A stretch of DNA of 64,000 bases from Rhodosorus marinus CCMP1338. Lineage: Eukaryota > Plantae > Rhodophyta. The notes beneath the pieces are model-generated. The model was not told the origin of the DNA. It saw nothing but the letters and a program-made list of their open reading frames with translations, and did not search any database. Positions 1 to 11,464 of this stretch are shown in pieces; the first letter of the stretch is position 1; each line of letters starts with the position of its first letter. A program made the position numbers and the translations under genes. The DNA is taken from positions 1,178,001-1,242,000 of the forward strand of contig JAMWBK010000009.1 of NCBI GenBank assembly GCA_029953675.1, written 5' to 3'.

Positions 1-38
1 CTCGGGTTGGCAGTAGGGAGGACACCGACTTCAACACG

Positions 39-674
39 ATGGGAGCGAGAGATTTCGATGCGTATTTGCAGTTGGATTCAAGGTTTAACGGGACCATGCT
101 GCACCAGAGTCTCGTGGGGGCAGGCCTGAATGTGGTGGTTGAGGAGAACCTTCCTTACGACGCTGCTACGAGGATGGATTTCTGTTTCATTCTTGGGAGG
201 GAGCCAGATTTGGAATCTGTCATAAGCAACGCTGAGGAGGACGAAAATCCGGTTTTGGAACGGTTTGTAGGGACCATCTTGTATTGTAAGAGCAATGGAA
301 AGAAGCTTGTGGCTCTCCTGGTGTGCGGATTGGAATCGAACGATTCAACAGCATTCGAAATTGTCCAGAGAGTGCTAGGGCGTGATTGTCGGACAATGCG
401 AACGATTGACGAGTCGAACATGGCAAAGCTGATAGTTGGAATTGTTGCTGAGGAAGTTGGTAATGCAAATAGCTATGCAAAAGATCCCCCCAGCGCCGTG
501 CCGGAAATGTGCAAGCAGCTCGTAGGTCTTAAACCAAAAGCCGTACTTGAGCTGGCGGAGGAGCAATCGCTGGCTGATCTGTCGTCTATGACAGCTGAGC
601 AATTGCTCGAACTAAAAGCTCTTGGCAGAATATCTTCGAAAAAGCTGTTCGACTTCTTTGGTTCCGCGCTCTAG
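39..674 (+). CDS. XPF/ERCC4-family inactive-nuclease-like protein with C-terminal (HhH)2; FAAP24/ERCC1-like
   Basis: Intronless 211-aa ORF. The C-terminus (EMCKQLVGLKPKAVLELAEEQSLADLSSMTAEQLLELKALGRISSKKLFDFF) fits the tandem HhH of ERCC1/FAAP24. Length and N-terminal pattern resemble FAAP24. Confidence 0.55.
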   Translation: MGARDFDAYLQLDSRFNGTMLHQSLVGAGLNVVVEENLPYDAATRMDFCFILGREPDLESVISNAEEDENPVLERFVGTILYCKSNGKKLVALLVCGLESNDSTAFEIVQRVLGRDCRTMRTIDESNMAKLIVGIVAEEVGNANSYAKDPPSAVPEMCKQLVGLKPKAVLELAEEQSLADLSSMTAEQLLELKALGRISSKKLFDFFGSAL

Positions 675-785
675 GATTGTATGTATTCGTCTCCATTACC
701 GGAGTAACAGGGTTTCCGTATCAGGCCATCAGAGATAAGATTTTCACAAAAAAAATATTGAGGAAGACTCTATGTTCATCTGTAC

Positions 786-1326
786 TTAACCCTCCGCGTA
801 TTTCTTCGCCACCAATCGCTTGTACTCTTCTTGTTGGCTCCACAATGAAGCCGCTTGGTTGTTTAAGGGACTGTCGTTGTTTGGCTCATCAAGAAGGCTC
901 TGAATTGAAAGCAGAATTGATTTCACCGTATATGTCGCGCTCCACTTGTCTTTCAGAATGTCCAGGCAAATATTCCCACTCATGTCCACGTTGGGATGAA
1001 AGCATCCAGTCATAAACTTCACAGTTGGGGCGCTGTACGGGTAATCCTTCGGGAAGACTAGTGATAACTGGAATTTCATGCCTTTGTACGGTCCCACATC
1101 GCTACCGTGAATTGTTCCTGTCCATTGAGTGTAGTTGTCTCCGTCTGGAAAGGCAGATACACCTGGTACACCCTCCATCTGCAAAAAAAAGGTGCACATT
1201 CGAAGTATTCAGCAGTACTTCAAAGAGATGACGCAGGTTTTAAATATTCTATTGACTACGTTCAATGCTTACCATAAGGTTCATCAGCTCGCTCTGAAGC
1301 CGCTTTGCTACCTGCCCGTCCGCCAT
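786..1326 (-). CDS. UBE2C: Ubiquitin-conjugating enzyme E2-C (APC/C E2; UBC19/20-like)
   Basis: Exon 1326-1273 ([18 protein letters not shown]), GT-AG intron 1272-1179, exon 1178-786 with SAFPDGDN and [21 protein letters not shown] (catalytic Cys). Confidence 0.92.
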
Positions 1327-2811
1327 CTTTCCTGTCTACCTCCGAACCACACGCAGCACTGACTGAACAGTTTGACTTCTCTTCCTATCACGTACAACGA
1401 TGGTTCTCATCAACCCCCTTCCCGTGACCTGAGTTGGATACTATGGTATAATAACTCTGATTCCTCTTCATACAAGAGGAATGCACAGGTGCCACATACG
1501 CACTGTCAGCGTTAGGGGAGCGTCAACGTTCACCTCGCATGAAACTAGCCGTTACGTTTGATGGATTTCCCATTTTCACAAAATTTGCTTTTGGTTTATT
1601 GTGGCATTTGGAGAGTTTGGGGAGTGCGAGGTACTCACGAAAACAATTATTGCCAGTGTCCCCACACAGTCAAAAGATGTTCCTTTGCAAACCCCTATGG
1701 ACTCGGCTATCCGTGAGCGGGGCCGCTTTGGACCGCAAGCGTGTTTGTGCGTGATCCTGAGGAGAGTTGTTGAATGAGAAGGGCGTTCACCAATCTAGCG
1801 GTATCATGGCAGACAACATCCTAATCGACGTCTAGGTCCACACTACGTGCATATCATCAATGACCACTCGATTTTGAGGAGAGAAACGAAGCTTCTTGGC
1901 TCTAGCGGTATGGCGGACCTCTGTACCGGAGTCCGTTGCTCTACTAAACAGATGACGACGTCAACTCAAACAATTTGGAACTGAGACAGAGATCACAACC
2001 TCATTAATCATAGAAAGCACGCTTTCACATATCTTCATCTGAAACTAGTACAGGAGCAACCCCCAAAACCCCAAGGGCAACCCTGCGGTGCTCTCCATTC
2101 CGGACAAATTGCCGAAGAAGCGTCCAACATCGTAAAAGTAGATCTGAAAATATTTCATTAAAAAAACAAAACCAATCATTAAATACGATTTTGACTGCGA
2201 ATCGTGATATTGACACGTGTCCAAAAAATATTGGCATTTTTCTTTCACGGCGGTATATGTTATTTACGTGCCCTTCGCACAGTATATTAATTTTTGACGA
2301 TCCACAACATGTCTATATCGTTTGTATTTGCGAAGAAAATTTATTCCTTATCTTACACCACGATCAAATATCGTATTTTAGATATTCCGCGGATATAGAT
2401 CTTACTTTCACTCTTACCCGTAGTTAAAAGTCATGAAAAGAAAAATTCATAATTAAGAAGCAATTTTCTAGATATAAGACATTACCCAATTTAATGAATA
2501 AATAAATCTCTTGGATCTAGAATCGAACAGAAAAAATTCAAATTTTGAGTGGTCATCAGACAAAAAATTAGGCTAAGGGATTTGTTTTTAAAAGAGAGAA
2601 AATTCGGATAAATATATATCACGATCGTTGTAGATGTATTGCTTCGAGCTGGATCGGGGCGGGTATCATATGAGTAGAATATGTTCTCCTCCTCGATGGA
2701 AGCGGCTAGTGGTACATTGCAGATCGGGGACGTTTTGCTCTTTTGGTTGGTTTCTTCGATTTTCTAGATTCTTATTTCTTCTGTTGGTTTCTGTCCGTAT
2801 TTTTGATGAAG

Positions 2812-3776
2812 ATGTGTGCGTTCGTGTCATCGGCGGGTGTGTCCCTGAGGAAATCCAGCTCTTTGTGCTCCAAGGGTAAATTGCAATGACCTCAAGGTTT
2901 TTGATTTTCTGGCGAGGGGAGGGAGGGAGCAAGTCTTGGGATGTCCCTTCTATTTGAATAAGCTATTCTCAGGCTGAGCTTCTGTCATGTGCTTTGATTG
3001 CAGGGTTCCTGGGTAGCCCGGCGGTCGTCGTGAAGAAGACGAGCAGCCGTGCGGTTGTGCGTAGGGGGCTGTTCAGCTCTGCAGCTGAACCAGAGGTCAC
3101 TGACAAGGTTTACTTCGACATTACCATTGGAGGGAAGCCTACTGGAAGAGTCACCTTTGGTCTCTTCAGAGACGTTGTACCGAAGACGGTTGACAACTTT
3201 GTCAAGCTCAGGTGAGCCTGAGATCGAAGTACCAAAGCGGTAACTGTCTCACCACCGTCTGCTTTGTACTGTGCTGACTCTCTGTTTTCATTCGTGTGAC
3301 GATTCAGTACTGGAGAGGAAGGATACGGTTACAAGGGAAGCATGTTCCACCGCGTCATCCCGTCGTTCATGATCCAGGGAGGAGACTTCACCAACTTCAA
3401 CGGAACCGGTGGCAAGAGCATTTACGGTAGAACATTCCAGGACGAGAACTTTGAGCTCAAGCATGTTGCCCCAGGATATTTGTCCATGGCGAATGCTGGC
3501 CCGAACACGAATGGATCTCAGTTCTTTGTTACAACTGTTTCCACGCCGCATCTTGACGGGCGCCATGTGGTGAGCTGGGGAATCGGGGCGACTTTGAGGA
3601 CTTCCGACGTGTTTCCGTTTCTAACCCCTTTTTCCCGTTTTTTTTTCCTAAACAAGGTTTTCGGGAAGGTCATCGACGGTATGGACGTCGTTTCTACGAT
3701 CGAGAACACCAGGACTGGAGCGATGGACAAGCCCAAGGAGGATGTTGTGGTGGAGAGCTGCGGTGTTCTAGAGTAG
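2812..3776 (+). CDS. Plastid-targeted cyclophilin (peptidyl-prolyl cis-trans isomerase)
   Basis: Exons 2812-2875, 3004-3211, 3308-3569 and 3657-3776 join in frame. Transit peptide [23 protein letters not shown]; motifs [48 protein letters not shown]. Confidence 0.93.
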
Positions 3777-3933
3777 AGTCTAGGCTCATTGTAGTAAAAC
3801 CGAAGAAGCTGAAGACAATTGGAAGTTTGATTTTGCCTCACAGAAACCGTACTGTCTCCTGAATGGAGAATGTTTAATATGTTCACACCGTTTGCTATCA
3901 CTTTCACCTCTTCCTATGCATACATGCCTGTAG

Positions 3934-5119
3934 TTAGCTCAATTTCTTGGAATAATTGGAAAACCCGAGCCCAATGCAGCTCAGCACGACGGACGATTCG
4001 TCCCGTTCCGGAGCCACTTTAAATTCTACACCCATAAAATCCCGCAAATCGCGAAGGAGCTGCACTGTAAAGCCGCTCAGCCTTCCAAGTCGAACTGAAT
4101 GGACATCCTCCTGACCAAACGCCATCATCAAGATTACGAGCCCCTGATGGTTGCTATCAACGCATCCTCCAGCATCGATCTCCTCAAGCAATCGACTACA
4201 AGCATCAAGCGCTACCTTCTCAGGATCATTAGCGTCTGGCCCAGAACTGGCATCTGCTACTGTTAAGCAATGCGTCGTCGACTCGGCAAGTAGAGAAAGT
4301 CCGAAGCCTGGAGACTCGCCGCCAGTTCTCTTTGCGTGATGATCAGTGTATATGTACACGTCAGGTGTGAACCTGTTCAGGACACCTCGAGCTGCACCCA
4401 CAAGCCTATTGGTGTAGGATGGAGCAACTCTAGTTGAGTATGCTACGCCTCGAATCCTCTTGACAACGCCAGCATCAGTAAGCTCCAGAGGCTAAGGAAA
4501 AACATGATGGTTGAACTTATGTGAGACGACGGAAGCATTCAAAAGGGTGCGGGAATCTGGCTGCAAATGGACTCACCGGAATCGATTTAGCATTCTGACA
4601 CGTGAAAATTATCAGGCCTCCCCCGCCTGGCTCGGCTCCGCGCTTGACCAGTTTTACTGACAGGTTGATTCCAGCAACTCGTCTTAGTAGCGGTATTGTC
4701 GTGCTCTGGATGGAGTCTATAGCAAGTGCGCTTTCGGAATTAGTAACCCCGCGGAACTTGATTAAAACAGTGTTCTTACAGAACAACGCTAGAGGAAGTA
4801 TCCACTCGACGAAATAGCCAATAGGCCTGCCGACGGGGCACTCGTGCTCAAATTCTCCACCTACGGGCACACCAGGAACCAGTCGTATTGAAGTCCCTGT
4901 CTCATTTATTTTAACTTTAGATCCGTTAGTAAGTTTGTCCACTAGCCTCAGAAACGAAACCTCATAGTCCTTCAGTCCAATTCCACCGCCGTCCAGTGAC
5001 TCGTTAACTCGAATGTCCTCAATCACTATAGTGCGTCCCGCTAGCACCGACAGAATCAACCGCGAGCGGAGATTCTTCGTACCGGCAAACCTCACCGTTT
5101 GAGATTTACTGGAATTCAT
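3934..5119 (-). CDS. RCL1: RNA 3'-terminal phosphate cyclase-like protein (18S rRNA processing)
   Basis: Two exons. Motifs LRSRLILSVLAGR, IGYFVEWILPL, RGAEPGGGG, LNRFTPDVYIYTD, GGCVDSNHQ, VLSCIGLGFSNYSKK. Confidence 0.93.
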
Positions 5120-6813
5120 CTAACATACGGTACACTATTTGGAAACTTCATTACCTTCCTCCTGAGCTTCCCTATACTCCCATCCACACCATCCGCGAAT
5201 CCTTTCCCACGCACGATGGCCGTGGACCCCTCCTCCACTAGCATGTAGGCCAATTTGTCATGATTAAGATCATATTTTGACTATATATAGAATAATATGA
5301 GAATTCATGAAGAATAGAAGTATATGTTCCTAAATCTGTGAAAACATGGGATGTACGCGTCTATGTTTAGACCAGTCGGCTGGGAATTTAATAGGTTCCA
5401 GTCGACTTGAGACTGTAACTCTCGGGTTACCACACTGGACTCGTGAGAGTAATAGGATAGTGCCCCTATGACGCGTATGATCCGAGGGTAGCTCTAGATC
5501 GCGATGCGTCTTCTGGCACCGCCGCTTTCCGCTCCCCACCGCGGCGGTTCCAGGTCCCACAGCCACGGTGATGCGAGACGTCACTGGATTAGGTTCGCAG
5601 TACAGATCTTTGAGCATCACAAACTGGAACGTAAACAGCGAACAAATGTCTACATCCCTCCACAGAGGAAGTGAAAAGGGGCTGATTAGCGAGATACAGA
5701 TCGTTTCACAATGAAGTGCGAAGAAAATATTGAATTTGTTGCGCGCTTATAACTTCCACTCGGAAATTTGGTCACCCTTTACTTCAAACTAACCCAAACA
5801 ACCCAAGCATGCTAGCCAGGGTTTTATTGCTGTTTGGCTACTACTTGTGGAAGGACATTCACTAGGTACAATCAGGGAAATCACTACTAGTTACCGCGGT
5901 TCTAGACCTGGCCAACTGTTCGAGGCACTTTTCTCGACTTGGTATCATTTTGCTTCCTTCAGATCGTTCGCGGCCTCCTTTGGTCCCATCTAGGGTTATT
6001 GCGCCACGTTTCCTACTCACGACTCCTTCTGACCGTTCTCCCCTTCTCACATCTTGGTGTGAGCGCAGCTTCCCACTTTGCGGGCTCCAAACAAATTAAA
6101 TAATTTCATGATCGTTTACTAGTTCTGTACACCTCCCATTGGCTTATAAACAACAGACAGCCTGTCGGACGATTTTTCGGGTGTTCCGATTGGCGAAGTG
6201 GACGAGGTTGTGCAGAAAGGCTAACTGGCTTTTTGATCGATTGGTACGGTTCTGATTTGGTTTTTCGCCTTTGAATGTACTTCGTGACTAGCAATTGAGC
6301 TTGTATTGTCTGTTTAGTGTGAATCCTTGGATCCACCTCTTTAGATCTCTGGTGGTAGAAACGTAAACGCCTCACGGAATGCGTTCGAAAACGACGTCCT
6401 GGTCTCGTTGTCGGGCTGGGTGCGTTCGAGACCCGTCGGACTTCCTACGGCAAAAAGGGTTCTTCACTCTACGTACAAGTATTTTCACATATATAGTGAA
6501 AAATATGGAACCTGTGGGGCTGGGCATGACTCGAGCTTTCTTGTTGAACCCCTCCCCCTGCCCCCGAAAGGATCGCAGCGAATGGGACACTCGTTCAATT
6601 GTCGGACCGGTTGCTATTATTTATTACCGTGGCGAGCTGTGTTGTTTCATGAGGACCAAGCAAGACCCTGCAAACTGCAACTAGCAAAATGAGGGAAGCT
6701 CTCTGTCAAGGGGATTCGTTGTGAGAATCTCGAACTCTGCTTCTTGAGAAGCTGCTGGGTCGCTGTGGGGCTCCTGGAACTGGGCGGGAAAGTTGTTCGA
6801 ACGGAAGGGCTCG

Positions 6814-8289
6814 ATGGAGGCTGTTGGCTTTCATTCTGGGATTCGAGTTCCTTTGGGAGCACAAGCTCAAGGTCGAAGGAAATCCTGTCAATCAAGACCT
6901 GGTTCTCCGAAGAAGCTGTGGAGAGCACCTTTGAAGACCAGACGGGTTGCACCTTTATTCATGACTCTCAACCAACCGTACGGACCAGAGCCGCCTAGGC
7001 CAGAGGACATTGATCCAGAAGGCAGTGGGGATAGAAGCAGAGAACGACTCACTCGTGAACTGGCTTTTCGTATACTGCTGATCGTCGTGGGCAATGTGGC
7101 CTACCAGCTTGCATTCTATGGTCAAGTAAGTTTCCAGCTAAGCCAATTCAGAGTGCCGATAGGGGATGGGGTGTTTGGATACGCGGATGTCCTTTTCCTG
7201 TCTACCTACATGCTTTTAGTGAGACCCTTGCTCAGGCTGCTGCACTTCGTGCTGAAAAGCTTTGGTCTTATGAAGGAGTGCTACAAGGACACGTTTATGC
7301 AGGCCTTCGAGCCCCCCCTGTTTTGGCTAGGGGCGCTGTTTGTTTGGTTAGTTTCGTTCGACATTTCGAAAACTATGTGCTTGTACAATACAGAGTACGC
7401 TACCCTATGTTCAGTGTTGAACCCCACTCTGGTTCCCATCAGCGTCGCTGCCTACGTGCTCGTGCTCGCCAACTTTGTCAAGAATCTGCTGACGAGAGAC
7501 ATCGACACCAGATCGATGAACAGAAGAATGCGCGCTGAATATGCGTTGGTGGAGAAAGCCTTTACGGTTGCCTCGATAGTTGCAATGGTTGGCTTTTCAG
7601 CGTACAAGATCGGAGTAGCACCTGGCACGCTCCTCACGTACGGGAGCTTCAGCACGCTTCTTCTCGGTTTCGCCGCGCAACATTTTCTGAAGGACGTCGC
7701 CTCAGGCTTTATGATATTTCTATTCAAGCCGTTTGTGGTGGGCGACAACGTGAGACTACCGAGTTACAAAGACGCAGGCCTCTTGAAGGTCGTCGATATT
7801 GGCTGGATATATACGGAGATGAGACACTGGGATTCAAGCCCGGTGATTCTGCCAAATTCATCGCTTTACGGCAATAGCATTATTAATCGGTCGTTGAAGG
7901 AGTTTGCCTACTTCACCGAGGTCGTACACATAAGATATTCGGATCTGCCGCGGATGGAATCGCTCCTTGAATCGATGACGGAGTACCTTTGTTCGCGACC
8001 GGAGGTCGCGTCTGATTCGTCGACTCCGCTGGTGATCATTGAGAAGCTTGATTCAAGCTTCATCGACGTTCGGCTGATGGTCTGGCTTGTGAACGTAAGC
8101 ACCAAGCGGAGGATGCAGATCAGCTCGGCGATCCTTCTCGGACTGGCAATGAAAATCAATGAGTTCGGATGCGAATTTGCCTTCCCTCGGATGGAGATAG
8201 CCTCAGACCTTGCGCCAGCTACAAGTTCAGGAGATCCTCCGTCCGTGTCCCCATCGCTCTCATCAGCGTCGAAGACTAACGGGACGTAA
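6814..8289 (+). CDS. Small-conductance mechanosensitive channel (MscS family), probably plastid-targeted
   Basis: Intronless ORF with first ATG at 6814 (MEAVGF, transit-like). Several TM helices, then GFAAQHFLKDVASGFMIFLFKPFVVGDNV, IGWIYTEM, VILPNS and EFAFP. Confidence 0.9.
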   Translation: MEAVGFHSGIRVPLGAQAQGRRKSCQSRPGSPKKLWRAPLKTRRVAPLFMTLNQPYGPEPPRPEDIDPEGSGDRSRERLTRELAFRILLIVVGNVAYQLAFYGQVSFQLSQFRVPIGDGVFGYADVLFLSTYMLLVRPLLRLLHFVLKSFGLMKECYKDTFMQAFEPPLFWLGALFVWLVSFDISKTMCLYNTEYATLCSVLNPTLVPISVAAYVLVLANFVKNLLTRDIDTRSMNRRMRAEYALVEKAFTVASIVAMVGFSAYKIGVAPGTLLTYGSFSTLLLGFAAQHFLKDVASGFMIFLFKPFVVGDNVRLPSYKDAGLLKVVDIGWIYTEMRHWDSSPVILPNSSLYGNSIINRSLKEFAYFTEVVHIRYSDLPRMESLLESMTEYLCSRPEVASDSSTPLVIIEKLDSSFIDVRLMVWLVNVSTKRRMQISSAILLGLAMKINEFGCEFAFPRMEIASDLAPATSSGDPPSVSPSLSSASKTNGT

Positions 8290-8336
8290 GGCGATGGCTT
8301 CTGACTCAGTTGAGTTTCCCCTCAAAAAGAATTCTT

Positions 8337-10622
8337 TCACCACTGTACAGGATTGTTCGTATCTAGCGCTCGCTGGGGAACTGTGTACGCCAGGGGGCAC
8401 TCTTTCGCCTTTCTTCGCAGCTCAGCTTCGAAGAGATCTGTAAAACTAATATTGGCATAGCTACGTAGAAGAATTGGATAAAACAAAAGCCAAATAGAAG
8501 TTAGTGTAAGGGAGACTTGAGACTCGATCTTCTTCTTGGGTGCGTCAGTTACTCTTCAACGACTCCGGGAAGCGTAACGTCCTTTGGAGCTTTCTTGCTC
8601 CTCGAGTCTTTCTCAAAGGAATGGTACATTCGAGCAACTGCTGGACAGTAGTGGTGCTTCAGTGCCTCTAATTCCCACAAGGAACTCTTGTCAGCGTTGG
8701 ACTTCTTAGGATCAACTGTGTCGTCGTCGAAAACGTCCTATGTATTAGAGATCAGGAACCGAGCGTGGCCGCAATTTAGAACGAGATCTCCGCACGAGAC
8801 GAATTGGTAGCTCATACCTCAGAAAATTGGGTTCCATGGATTTGTTCCTCAAAGGGCTTGCTCGGCTCTGAAAAGTTCACGACCACACGCTGGGCCTTCG
8901 TTTCGGGGTTGTGCACAAGCACTACCACGGACGGGTGTCTATGAATCAACTCAAGAGCAACTCGCATGCACCAGAGCGCTCCTTGAGGAGGTGCCCACAA
9001 CGCCCTTCGAAGCAATCTCTTCAAGAATGCAGCTACCAAATACACAGGGATGTACCCCGACGATAAGAACTTTAGTACCAGCGTCATAAACCTTTGAAGC
9101 GCGCGAAAGAGATCACAGTTAGACGCGTGATTTTCGCGAATCTCAAGCACCTCAAACCACTGCTCGAGGCCTTAAGACGTACTTCTGTCGATCCCGAGCC
9201 AAGAAAAGGTCAGGGCTTAGAACCCCGTAGAGCTTCTCGTAGAAGAGCGGGTACTCCAACCCATGAGCGTTGATCAAGATCCACAGCGACTCCAAGGACA
9301 CAACCGCAGAGATGCCGCCTCGGTTATATGCAGAGAGCAGAAAGTCCGAGAGTCGGATCGGCTCCGGCATGTTCGGAATGACTTTCTCCGGCAAGTTGGA
9401 CAAAACTTGATCAACAGACTCGTCGGGGAGCTTCATTGACAGCACGTTCAACCAGCATTCCCCAAACGCTTTACGTTCTTGCTTGAAGTAGGAGCTCTTC
9501 CCGCCAAGGTCCTGTTTGGAGACGGCGAGCATCTCTCGGTTTTCAGTTACAAAACTACGCCAAGCGGCGTTTGTCAATCCTCCTTTTAAGCATCTTACCT
9601 CTGCTTTCTCACGGAAGGCGAACTTGTGCTTGTTTTGCAGCAGCTGCACCGGTTCATCGACAGATTTTGGTATTTTCACGAAGTCAAGCAGCCTCAGACA
9701 CCGCGAGACGACAAGCTCCTCATCGTTTCTGCGCTCACTTCGATACTTTTTACAGATGGAATCCACTAGGTTGAGAACTGAGAGCCGAACATCATCGAAT
9801 CTAACCGGAACGCACAAAGCTGTAGTCAGAAACTGCTCCCTACAGCTGCAGAGCGTTAAAAGTACGGGCAGGCGGACAGGATACACGCCCGCTTCGACTT
9901 ACTCCCGCAAGTAGCCGCCTAGATGGTTGATGACGGAGTCTGTTTCCTCCAAGTCCGTGTCAGTAAGTAAGTGTTCAACGATACCTTGCAGGGCCGCATG
10001 GAAAAGGTTCCAGCGCGCAGCGCAAGTCAACAAAACTGCCAGAGCGAGTTTGGGTAGGGCGGTCTCTTCTCGTAGGACATAGTTCGACAACGTCTCCAAA
10101 TATGTGTTTCGACGTGCAACGAGCCAGGTCATCACCAGAGCCTCCTCAGGGTCGATTGTTCCTGTTAAGATGAGTTGAATTAAGACCTTTGAGCGGTGCA
10201 TTTCACCCGTGGCAGACGAAGATGGAGAGAGTTGCCCCCTACCTGCTTTCTGGTTAGACTCGAAATGATCTTCCAAAGCTGCAAACGACTCCCTGAGCGA
10301 ATGAATTAGCGTCCGCCTCTGGCCGAGTTCCAGGCTTTCCACAGACATCTTGTTCAGAAGCGTTTGAATGTTCTCCATCTACAACGGGATTCATTGCAAG
10401 GAAAAGAGCTTTCACAAAGTGAGAATTTTTTTTTTGACGGGTCGCCAACGGTGTAAACCGATATTGATCAACTCTCCTTACACGTTCAATTCCTTTCTCA
10501 ATAACCTCATTCTTCAGCTTTTGAACGTCCAATCCGTCACCACCTTCAGTCTCAGCGTCCTTTCCAGCTTTCCTCTTCCGATTGCCTGGAGCCCCGTTTG
10601 AAGCTCGCTTCCTCTTACCCAT
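8337..10622 (-). CDS. NOC4: Nucleolar complex protein 4 (CBF/Mak21 domain)
   Basis: Multi-exon. Basic N-terminus MGKRKR; LSDFLLSAYNRGG, LEYPLFYEKLY, VAAFLKRLLRRAL, SSLWELEALKHHYCP; last exon YANISFTDLFEAELRRKGERVPLAY ends in TGA at 8339-8337. Confidence 0.88.
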
Positions 10623-11464
10623 CTTGCAGACCACACCACTCTTAAAAAACTAAAGCCAGGCCAACCTAGAAACAAACTATGTCCGTTCTCCTCTGCACCA
10701 TTCCCAACATCGGATTCTCCTCATAATCAACCGTTTACTGCTTGCCCAAACACGAAGCCATCACGGACTAGCATGCACTAGCTTGAAGACGCCTAAGCCG
10801 TAGTCCGAATCAGTCTCTCTCATGCTTATGGCATCCTTCTCCTATCGATCGATTCTATGTAAACGGTTTCATTGCTGAAACAGTTCAGTCGAAGTTTGCA
10901 CCTGCGACAAACCCCCACCGACGACGGATACTAGAGTTGGTTGCTGTTTTGCTCGACGACAAAGATGACTGGAGGGGAGAGCGAATAGCGAGTCTTCTCC
11001 TGAAGAGACAGGTCAATAAATCGAGTCATTAAGAAGGTCTTGCCCGTGTGGCGTGGGCGATACCAACACTAACATGCGACAACTATGGTGGCAGAATTCA
11101 CAACCAATCATCACCCCACCCTCCCCGGAGGATCCACGCTGCCGAGCCCGCATGAACTCAAAACGAAGCGAAAGACGTTCGATATCGGTGTCAGAGTGTA
11201 TCGTTCTGAAATCATGTTTAGCCAGTCGTCCTCAAGGCTACTAGTGAAGTCAAAAACTTGCTGCCAAGCTCTCCAAAGCAGTCCCGCTTCCGTCTTCCTG
11301 GTCATCGTCGGTCGCCGTGAATATAGACAGCTGAAACCACATCAATCCATTTTCAATCATTATTAATTTATGAGATCGAACTTCATGTGCTATTTGAGGC
11401 TCAGTCATTATTGCTGGGACGCTTTATTTATCCAGGAACGGCATTTGTACAATGGCTAGCTGGA

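Noticed and set aside
1380-2630. Short ORFs 1539-1754, 2025-2248 and 2191-2427
   Set aside because: No motifs or consistent splice structure; likely divergent promoter DNA between UBE2C and cyclophilin.
5200-6790. Scattered 60-100 aa ORFs between RCL1 and MscS
   Set aside because: No recognisable domain or repeat structure; ORFs overlap on both strands as expected by chance.
9516-9914. Antisense ORFs over NOC4, PGM, PHT4, RPC25 and ARP8 (for example 15969-16502 and 45924-46487)
   Set aside because: Shadow frames of real genes on the opposite strand.
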